Assembly (NCBI GenBank): GCA_964587725.1
Contig: CAZPLO010000021.1
Span: 1-21,061, forward strand
Reading direction: 5' to 3'
Source of the DNA: an uncultured archaeon
GTDB lineage: Archaea > Altiarchaeota > Altiarchaeia > IMC4 > SCGC-AAA252-I15
DNA length: 21,061 nt
The notes under the pieces are model-generated. The model was not told the DNA's origin. It saw only the letters and a program-made list of their open reading frames with translations, and did no database searches. A program made the translations under genes and the position numbers. This document shows positions 14,196 through 21,061 of this stretch, piece after piece; position 1 is the stretch's first letter, and each line of letters starts with the position of its first letter.

Positions 14196-15701
14196 CTACT
14201 GAATCACGTCTTCGCCGGTAATTTCACCGGGTTTCTCCAGCTCCAGCAGGTGCAGGGCGGTGGCTGCGACGTCTTTGAGGCCGCGGCCCTCCCGTAATGC
14301 GGCGTCTTTCATGCCGTTTGAAACGAGTATCAGCGGCACCGGGTTTGTGGTGTGGCTGGTGCGCCATTCGGGGGTCTGGTCTTCCGCGTTCCCGTGGTCT
14401 GCGAACACCAGCAGCGTGTAACCGTTCTCCAGGCCGGCGTCGACGGTGTCTCCGACGCACTCGTCCACCACCTCAACCGCCTTCCGGATTGCTGTAACGT
14501 CTCCGGTGTGGCCGACCATGTCTCCGTTGACGTAGTTGACGACGATGAAGTCGTATTCCTGCTTCCGTATCTCGGCGACGAGCCGGTCACGTATCTCGTG
14601 CGCGCTCATCTCCGGCTTCAAATCATACGTCTTAACCTTCGGGGAGTGAATCAGTATCCTGTCCTCGCCGTCATAGGGTTCCTCCACCTGGCCGTTGAAG
14701 AAGAAGGTGACGTGCGCGTACTTTTCGGTCTCGCTTATCCTCAGCTGCTTAAGTCCGGCGTCTGATATTACTCTGCCGAGGAGGTTGGTGAGCTCCACCT
14801 CCTTGAACGCGACCTCCGCGTTCATGGGCTTGTAGTACTGGGTCATCGCCACAAAATAGATGTTCAACGGTTCCGTGTCCCAGCCGTTGAACTCCGGCTC
14901 CACCATCGCCTGCGTCAGCTGCCTGGTCCGGTCGGTCCGGAAGTTGTAGAAGATGAAAGAGTCATGCTCTTTAACGCCTTCGTAGCCTTCCCGTTTGGCT
15001 GGGACGATGAACTCGTCCGTCTCACCCCTGCCGTAGCATCCTTCAATGTGTTCCACCGGGTCGGAGAACGTTTCTTCACACTCCCCCCTTACTATGCAGT
15101 CGTAGGCCTTCCGGATGCGGTCCCAGCGTCTGTCCCGGTCCATGGCATAGTATCTGCCTGAAACAGTCGCTGTTCCGCCGACTCCGACTTCACCCATCTT
15201 CTCCAACAGCGCCTTAACGTGTTTCACGCCGTCGTCCACCGGCGCGTCCCGGCCGTCGGTTACGACATGGACTATGACGTCCTTGAACTCCTGTCGCCTG
15301 CACAGTTCCAGCAGCGCATACAGGTGTTTCTCGTGGGCGTGCACGCCCTCGCGCTGCAGCAGCCCGATGACATGCAGTTTGGCGCCGTGTTCACGGCAGT
15401 TCTCGATAGCCTCCAGGAACTCTTTTTTCTCGTAGAACGACCCGTCGTCTATGCTCCTGTTTATCCTCACCAGCGACTGCAGTATTATCCTCCCTGACCC
15501 GATGGTCATGTGCCCGACTTCGCTGTTGCCCTGGTACCCGTCCGGGAGGCCGACGGCTCCGCCGCTCGCATCTATAAGGACGTTCGGGTACTCCTTCATC
15601 AGCCGGTCCGTATTGGGTGTGGAGGCTTCCGCTATGGCGTTGTCTGTCTTATCCTCGCGGTAGCCCCACCCGTCTCGTATCACAAGTATTACGCGGTGCA
15701 T
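14196..15701 (-). CDS. gpmI: 2,3-bisphosphoglycerate-independent phosphoglycerate mutase (bacterial GpmI type)
   Basis: LVIRDGWG, catalytic GNSEVGH, TDGRD, GRYYAMDRD, NFRTDR, SETEKYAHVTFFFNG, DMVGHTG, ADHGN, HTTNPVP. ATG 15701 preferred over 15725. Confidence 0.97.
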   Translation of the reverse strand: MHRVILVIRDGWGYREDKTDNAIAEASTPNTDRLMKEYPNVLIDASGGAVGLPDGYQGNSEVGHMTIGSGRIILQSLVRINRSIDDGSFYEKKEFLEAIENCREHGAKLHVIGLLQREGVHAHEKHLYALLELCRRQEFKDVIVHVVTDGRDAPVDDGVKHVKALLEKMGEVGVGGTATVSGRYYAMDRDRRWDRIRKAYDCIVRGECEETFSDPVEHIEGCYGRGETDEFIVPAKREGYEGVKEHDSFIFYNFRTDRTRQLTQAMVEPEFNGWDTEPLNIYFVAMTQYYKPMNAEVAFKEVELTNLLGRVISDAGLKQLRISETEKYAHVTFFFNGQVEEPYDGEDRILIHSPKVKTYDLKPEMSAHEIRDRLVAEIRKQEYDFIVVNYVNGDMVGHTGDVTAIRKAVEVVDECVGDTVDAGLENGYTLLVFADHGNAEDQTPEWRTSHTTNPVPLILVSNGMKDAALREGRGLKDVAATALHLLELEKPGEITGEDVIQ

Positions 15702-15753
15702 CCCACAGTATTGTGCATCAACCAATATAACCCCGGAGTATCCAACCCGAAAC

Positions 15754-17406
15754 CTACTCTCTCAATACCGCGCCCGTCGCCGCCGATGTTACCTGGTTGC
15801 TGTAGCGTTTCAGCCACCCCCTCGCCTTGGGCCGCTTCACCCTGCAGGTCTTCTTCCTCTTGTCCATCTCCTTCTTGGTGACGTGCAGCGTCAGCTTCCG
15901 GCCGGGGATGTCCACGGTGATGCTGTCGCCTTCCAGGACGTATGCGAGGGGTCCGCAGTCCGCTGCTTCGGGGCTTACGTGGCCTACGCACGGCCCCCGT
16001 GTGCCGCCGCTGAAGCGGCCGTCGGTTATCAACGCCACGGACTCGCTCAACCCCATCCCCGCTATCGCGGCCGTGGGCGAGAGCATCTCCCGCATGCCGG
16101 GCCCGCCCTTCGGACCCTCGTATCTTACCACGACGACGTCGCCTTTCCCGATCTCCCCGCCGAGTATCGCCTTCATAGAGGCTTCTTCGCTGTCGAACAC
16201 GCGGGCTGGGCCGGTTATCTTCAGCGCCTTTTTGACGACGGCGCTCTGCTTCACCACGCTGCCGTCCGGCGCCAGGTTACCCTTCAACACGGCTATGCCG
16301 CCCTGCCGGTGATAGGCTTTGTTCATTGGGCGGACGACGTCGTCGTCCACCACTATTGAACGCTCCGCAATCTTTTTGATGTTGTATCCGTTTACTGTGG
16401 GGCTGTTCTTCAGCCTGCCCCGCAGTACATGCAGTACGGCTGGTATGCCGCCGGCGCGGTCCAGGTCCTCCATGAAGTGTTCGCCGCCGGGCCTCATGTT
16501 GGTGATGTGCGGCGTCTTCCTCGCTACTTCGTCGAACAGGTCGAGGCTGACGTCGACGCCGGCGTCATGGGCTATCGCGGGAATGTGTAGGGTGGTGTTG
16601 GTGGACCCGCCCATGGCGTTGTCCACAACCACTGCATTGTATATGGCGTTTTTGGTGATTATCCTGCGGGCGGTCAGGTTCTTCTCCACCAGTTTCACAA
16701 CCCGGACTCCGCTGTCGTAGGCGATTCTTTTCTTCTGCGCGGACACCGCTAACGCGGACGCGCAGCCTGTGAGGCTCATCCCCATCGCCTCGGTGAGGCA
16801 GGCCATGGTGTTTGCGGTGTAGAGTCCCTGGCAGCTGCCGCAGCCGGGGCACGCATCCATCTCCAGACAGTACACCTCGTCTCTGCTGATTTCGCCGGCC
16901 TGCTGCCGGCCCACCGCCTCGAAGGTATCCCGCACCAGCGAGAGGCGCCGGCCCTGCCGGTAGCCGCCCATCATCGGCCCCGCCGTGACCACGATACATG
17001 GTATGTCCAGGCGTCCGGCGGCCATCAGCATGCCGGGCGTGATTTTGTCGCAGTTGGTCAGCAGCACGAGGCCGTCGAGTGCGTGGGCGCCGGCCATGGA
17101 CTCCACCTCGTCGGCGATGAGTTCCCTGGAGGGCAGGGAGTAGCGCATGCCGTAGTGGCCCATGGCTATGCCGTCGCATATCGCCGGCACCCCGAATATG
17201 AACGGGGTCCCCCCTCCCGCCTCCACGCCCCTTTCTATGAACCGCTCCAGCTGCCGCATGTCCACGTGCCCCGGGACGATGTCCGTGTACGACGACGCTA
17301 TTCCAATAAACGGTTTCCTCAGGCTTTCCCGGGTTATGCCGGTCGCATAAAGTAGGGCGCGGTTGGGCGCTCGTTCAACGCCTTTTTTGATTCTGCTGCT
17401 CCTCAC
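15754..17406 (-). CDS. ilvD: Dihydroxy-acid dehydratase
   Basis: [69 protein letters not shown] 17406 lies 6 nt after the SD GAGGTG. Confidence 0.97.
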   Translation of the reverse strand: MRSSRIKKGVERAPNRALLYATGITRESLRKPFIGIASSYTDIVPGHVDMRQLERFIERGVEAGGGTPFIFGVPAICDGIAMGHYGMRYSLPSRELIADEVESMAGAHALDGLVLLTNCDKITPGMLMAAGRLDIPCIVVTAGPMMGGYRQGRRLSLVRDTFEAVGRQQAGEISRDEVYCLEMDACPGCGSCQGLYTANTMACLTEAMGMSLTGCASALAVSAQKKRIAYDSGVRVVKLVEKNLTARRIITKNAIYNAVVVDNAMGGSTNTTLHIPAIAHDAGVDVSLDLFDEVARKTPHITNMRPGGEHFMEDLDRAGGIPAVLHVLRGRLKNSPTVNGYNIKKIAERSIVVDDDVVRPMNKAYHRQGGIAVLKGNLAPDGSVVKQSAVVKKALKITGPARVFDSEEASMKAILGGEIGKGDVVVVRYEGPKGGPGMREMLSPTAAIAGMGLSESVALITDGRFSGGTRGPCVGHVSPEAADCGPLAYVLEGDSITVDIPGRKLTLHVTKKEMDKRKKTCRVKRPKARGWLKRYSNQVTSAATGAVLRE

Positions 17407-17471
17407 ATTCAACACCTCGTGTGAGTCAATATATACCCGTATATAAGAATAAATGCTTCCTTAATTGTTGT

Positions 17472-18212
17472 ATGGAGAAGGTGGTGGAGGGTGGGGGGTT
17501 CCCTGAGCAGCCGCTTAAGCAGCTGCCCGCCAGTCCTCTGCCGCCTGAGTTCGCCGAACCCTATCGCCGGGTGAAGGCGGAGATGCTTATTGAACGCCGC
17601 CTGAAGGCCGAGCACATGGCCCGCATAATCACTGAACTGGACATTAAACCGGGTTCGAGGGTGCTGGAGCTGGAGCCATGCGACCCCGTGTTCACGTTAA
17701 CGCTGGCGTTGTCCGGGGTGGACGTCACCGCAGTAAGCGAAATGTTCGAGAAAGTCGGCGAGAACGGACGGCGGAGGCGGCCCCATGAAGCGGATAAACC
17801 GAACGTGCTCACCAACCTGGAACTATTGTATGATGAGCACATAGGCGACGTGGGGGAGGCGGACGGCAGGCTGGGGTTCGCACACTCCGTGTTGGAGGCG
17901 GATTTAAACGATAACTCATTGGATGCTGCGATACTCACCAACCGCATGGACGTTATGGAGGAGAAGGACGCGTCCGAGACGGTTATCAAAGTGTTGCATG
18001 CGCTGAAATCCGGCGGGAGGATGCTGGTGAGCCCCGCGGACCCCGGCAACCGCGACAGCCTGCTTAGACTTCTGGAGAACGGAACCCCACCCAACACCGA
18101 GTTGAAGGAGGTGGCGAGGCGGGTGCCCACCGACGCATACTTCCACCGCCCCCGCCTGCTCGACAGAAACGGATACAACGGCGTCGTGTATGAGGTGGTG
18201 AAGCATGCTTAA
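17472..18212 (+). CDS. Class I SAM-methyltransferase-fold protein with degenerate motif I
   Basis: LDIKPGSRVLEL, GVDVTAV, DNSLDAAIL and VLHALKSGGRMLV follow the Rossmann MTase motif order; GxGxG is replaced by EPCDP. ATG 17472 preferred over 17421. Confidence 0.7.
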   Translation: MEKVVEGGGFPEQPLKQLPASPLPPEFAEPYRRVKAEMLIERRLKAEHMARIITELDIKPGSRVLELEPCDPVFTLTLALSGVDVTAVSEMFEKVGENGRRRRPHEADKPNVLTNLELLYDEHIGDVGEADGRLGFAHSVLEADLNDNSLDAAILTNRMDVMEEKDASETVIKVLHALKSGGRMLVSPADPGNRDSLLRLLENGTPPNTELKEVARRVPTDAYFHRPRLLDRNGYNGVVYEVVKHA

Positions 18213-19317
18213 GGTTCAGCTGGTCAACAACGCCGTTTCCCCGGAGGAGATGGGGGGGAAGTCTACTCCGGCGGCGTTGGAGGCTGTGGAGCGCAGGTGG
18301 GTTAAAGGCGAGACGCCCGTGAAGCTGGGCCGGGACTACGGTTGGGTTGACGAGCCAGGCAGACGGTACCGTTACATCGGGTTGTTGAACGCCGGTGAGC
18401 AGCACGGGTTCATGACCGCCTACGACAGCCGCCGCGACAACATCAGGAAGCCGCTGTCGGAGAGATTGGGTGTTGACCCCTCCGACCCGGACTATGGGGA
18501 GAGGATGTCGGGGTATAAGCGGTGGAAGACCGCTTCTATCACACCTGGGACGCCGGAGTACCGGCGCACAGTCGGCAGGGCGGTGGAGGAATACGTGGAC
18601 TCTAGTTCGACGGCGGACTCGTTGCCGGGGAAGCCGGTGAAGGGCAGACTGTACGTGTTCAAGTCCGCAGACCGGTTCCTCATAACCGTGGGCACCCGCG
18701 GCCTCACCCCGTTGGAGCGGGAGTTGAAGCCCATCAACAAAACACGCTTCGAGAGAATCCACTCCCTGGTCACCGACAAGGGCAAGGCGGAGACGGTTTT
18801 GGAGGTGGGTGAGATGGAGGAGTGGGTTAAGAGGCTTGGCATACGGTCTGGCTCCACGGTGTTGGCTGTGGAGCCGAGAGACCATAACCTCCTCGCAGCC
18901 CTCGCATTGTCGGGGGTTCGGGTGCACGCGGTCGACCCCAGGTTCGGTAGGGCGAACTCGGCTTCGCCGGAGGACACGGTGGATATGTCGCGGCTGGAGC
19001 TGCTGTGGCACATGCACGAGCAGGCCATCGTCGTCAACGGCGGCCGGCTGGAGCTCGCATCATCGAACGCGGCGGGAGCCGAACTTGGTTCCGCGGACGC
19101 GATATTACTGGATGGGCTCGCAGGCAAGCCCGAGGCGTCGTCGAAGACGATTGAAGCCCTCATGTTCGTGCGCGACGGCGGCCGCGCGCTCGTGCCCGAG
19201 GAACTGGAGGAGGCCCTTCAAAAGTACAAGCCCCCCAAATGGGGGCTGACTGCGAAAGGTGGGGTTCCGGCGGGAGACGGCAAAAAAGCGTTAGTGTATG
19301 AGGTTAGAAAGGGTTGA
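18205..19317 (+). CDS. Paralogous methyltransferase-fold protein with an unknown ~190-aa N-terminal domain
   Basis: C-terminal half (LGIRSGSTVLAVEP, LALSGVRVHAVD, LELL, GRL, ADAILL, VRDGGRALVP, VYEVRK) is collinear with the preceding ORF; overlaps it by 8 nt. Confidence 0.7.
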   Translation: MLKVQLVNNAVSPEEMGGKSTPAALEAVERRWVKGETPVKLGRDYGWVDEPGRRYRYIGLLNAGEQHGFMTAYDSRRDNIRKPLSERLGVDPSDPDYGERMSGYKRWKTASITPGTPEYRRTVGRAVEEYVDSSSTADSLPGKPVKGRLYVFKSADRFLITVGTRGLTPLERELKPINKTRFERIHSLVTDKGKAETVLEVGEMEEWVKRLGIRSGSTVLAVEPRDHNLLAALALSGVRVHAVDPRFGRANSASPEDTVDMSRLELLWHMHEQAIVVNGGRLELASSNAAGAELGSADAILLDGLAGKPEASSKTIEALMFVRDGGRALVPEELEEALQKYKPPKWGLTAKGGVPAGDGKKALVYEVRKG

Positions 19318-19784
19318 AGAGGATGGAGAAGGTATACAGGCGGGCCGACCCGCTGGGGGAGTTAAACCCCATGGAATTCGACAAAGTAGACAAGGACTTG
19401 AGGGACCGGCTGCGTTCGGAGGACTCCGTGGAACGGCAGACCGCGGTGTCCCAGTTGAAGGGCATGGGTTCGAAGGCGCTGCCCATACTGGAGACCATGT
19501 TGGTCGGGGAGGGCCGGGACCGGAAGGAACGGGTCCGCGAGGCAGCAGCCTATATGGTCGGTGAAATAGGGGTTTCAGACAGTGAAGCAGCAGCGGAAGC
19601 CAAACGAATCCTGAACCAGGCTAGCAGGTGGGAGAACCGTTGGCTCCGCGACTCGGGGAAACGCCTGAAACCGGAGCTCAGTGAACAAGAGTATCAGGAA
19701 CGCATGGAAACACTCACCGAACGAAGAGACTTCGTCAAAAAAACAATAACCGAAAGCCTGAAAAAAATAAGGGAAAGGAAGTAG
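19314..19784 (+). CDS. HEAT/PBS-lyase-like repeat protein
   Basis: LRSEDSVERQTAVSQLKGMGSKALPILETML...RVREAAAYMVGEIG helix-pair repeats; overlaps the upstream stop (alternative start ATG 19323). Confidence 0.75.
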   Translation: MKRMEKVYRRADPLGELNPMEFDKVDKDLRDRLRSEDSVERQTAVSQLKGMGSKALPILETMLVGEGRDRKERVREAAAYMVGEIGVSDSEAAAEAKRILNQASRWENRWLRDSGKRLKPELSEQEYQERMETLTERRDFVKKTITESLKKIRERK

Positions 19785-19786
19785 GA

Positions 19787-20164
19787 CTATATCATTTCTG
19801 TTTCCTTTATTTTGCTGAAGTCCTGGTCTCCGGTGAGTACTTTGGATTTCAGGTTTCGTGCCGCCGCCAGCGTGAACGCGTCTACCGCGCTTAAGCCTTC
19901 GTTGACTCTTATTTCACCCGCAGTGGATGCTATCTCCTCTGTGATATCCAGTAGTCTGGTGTTGGCTTTGATGAATGCCAGGGCTTCATCTCTCAGCCCC
20001 GGGCCTTTCTCCTGGGTTAGCCGGTAGTGGATTTCGTAGTAGTTTGCTGTGGTGGTGTATTTTCCTATGCTGTCATCTTCCATGATTTTTTTAACTTTAC
20101 CGCCTCGTTCAGTGCCTTTGAAGAATTCCATCCACGCGAAGCTGTCTATAACGTACTCTTTCAT
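19787..20164 (-). CDS. vapC: VapC family PIN-domain toxin
   Basis: YVIDSFAWMEFF, NYYEI, LSAVDAF and VLTGDQDF contain the PIN acidic residues; ATGA overlap with the antitoxin gene. Confidence 0.92.
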   Translation of the reverse strand: MKEYVIDSFAWMEFFKGTERGGKVKKIMEDDSIGKYTTTANYYEIHYRLTQEKGPGLRDEALAFIKANTRLLDITEEIASTAGEIRVNEGLSAVDAFTLAAARNLKSKVLTGDQDFSKIKETEMI

Positions 20165-20370
20165 CTCTCCTTCCTGTGTTCCCTCCTGAAACCTTTTATG
20201 TTCAGGTCGGGCATGCTGCCGAACATTTCCTCCGCCGACTTAACAGGCATAAAGACCAGCCTTTCGTCAGCCTCCATTGTTACCTTGAACTCGTTCGTCC
20301 TGAACGCCTCCCTGAACTTCTTGGGCACCACAACCCTGCCGCTCTCATCCAGTTTGACAAAAACACTCAT
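20161..20370 (-). CDS. vapB: AbrB/MazE/SpoVT-family antitoxin (VapB)
   Basis: VKLDESGRVVVPKKFRE swapped-hairpin motif, directly upstream of the PIN gene. ATG 20370 follows the SD GGTGGT. Confidence 0.88.
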   Translation of the reverse strand: MSVFVKLDESGRVVVPKKFREAFRTNEFKVTMEADERLVFMPVKSAEEMFGSMPDLNIKGFRREHRKER

Positions 20371-20419
20371 AAATACCACCAAATAAATTTAATGGAATTA
20401 ATCTTAATAAATGCCATAA

Positions 20420-20806
20420 CTATAGTCTACCCCGGTTGGCGTCTATGATTGTGTCGTGTACGCTCCATGCCTGACAGCACGGACATCCGGGTTCGTAGTC
20501 TGGGCATCTCTCGCCATACAGTCTCTCGATGGTCTCCTCAAGCCAGGTTTCATTCAAAGCCTCCTCAAAGCATGAATCGCACTCCCAGTACTCGATTTCT
20601 TTCTCCTCGCCCGTCCATTCAACAACATCGAGTTCTTTATCGAAGAGTTTTGACTTCCCTATCTTCCTGTATTCTCCGGTTCCTTTCACGGGAAGCTTCA
20701 TCACTCCAAAATAGTGTCCGTTGCTGTAGTGTCTGTCATCGTACACCCTGGTCTTGAATTTTTTCCCACACACAGAACATTGCCTGCTAATCCTCTTCAC
20801 AGCCAT
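20420..20806 (-). CDS. Cys-rich putative metal-binding hypothetical protein
   Basis: CSVC...EYWECDSC plus GERCPDYEPGCPCCQAW; TATA CTTATATA upstream. Confidence 0.75.
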   Translation of the reverse strand: MAVKRISRQCSVCGKKFKTRVYDDRHYSNGHYFGVMKLPVKGTGEYRKIGKSKLFDKELDVVEWTGEEKEIEYWECDSCFEEALNETWLEETIERLYGERCPDYEPGCPCCQAWSVHDTIIDANRGRL

Positions 20807-20901
20807 TTGCTCAACAATTTTTTTGCATAGGCGGATATATAAGCAATATTTATACTAGTCTGTAACTAATTATTATTAGTTAATAATTGATGGTGGTGTT
20901 T

Positions 20902-21061
20902 ATGTCGGTTAACGTGAATGTGCCGCGGCTCGAGCACTCCCCAACCCTAAACACCATGTTGATGGTTGAACACACCCTGAAGGAGATGGACGAGAGCGTC
21001 GTGTCGGTCGCAGACCTTAAGAAGAAGCTTCCAAGGCAGGTGAACCACAACACACTGAAGA
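20902..21061 (+). CDS. Small archaeal winged-helix-like protein, N-terminal part (runs off the window)
   Basis: MSVNVNVPRLEHSPTLNTMLMVEHTLKEMDESVVSVADLKKKLPRQVNHNTLK; open to the window end; SD GGTGGTG upstream. Confidence 0.7.
   Translation, partial: MSVNVNVPRLEHSPTLNTMLMVEHTLKEMDESVVSVADLKKKLPRQVNHNTLK

Noticed and set aside
1-21061. tRNA, rRNA, CRISPR array or IS transposase
   Set aside because: No cloverleaf or T-loop motif in the intergenic gaps, no regularly spaced repeats and no transposase motifs seen by eye; covariance-model scans were not run.

Overview
Archaeal chromosomal window, shown by the csl4-rpoL gene pair, TATA/BRE-type promoters and GGGGTG/GAGGTG ribosome-binding sites. 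A DPANN/Altiarchaeota-like origin is my inference from the small hypothetical families present. The housekeeping core is csl4, a divergent rpoL, an Hsp20-like gene, ahcY, a class II aldolase, mtnA, a bacterial-type gpmI and ilvD. Accessory genes include a COG1373-type AAA ATPase, TauE/SafE and BASS-family transporters, several wHTH proteins, a wHTH/membrane coiled-coil/KaiC-like ATPase operon, two tandem methyltransferase-fold paralogues with a HEAT-repeat protein, and a vapBC toxin-antitoxin pair. Three elements are missed by the ORF track: (i) a stop-interrupted, truncated RHS-core remnant at about 319-645; (ii) a 7-codon ORF, MFGPGCC (4942-4965), with its own BRE/TATA, SD and terminator, a 7-4-7 palindrome upstream and a divergent wHTH gene; (iii) four microprotein ORFs (13034-13666) next to a stand-alone sigma-70 region-4-like protein, one of which shares an exact 18-bp (FDRLVK) repeat with it. 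No rRNA, tRNA, CRISPR array or transposase was recognised. All family assignments are by eye from motifs; no searches were run.
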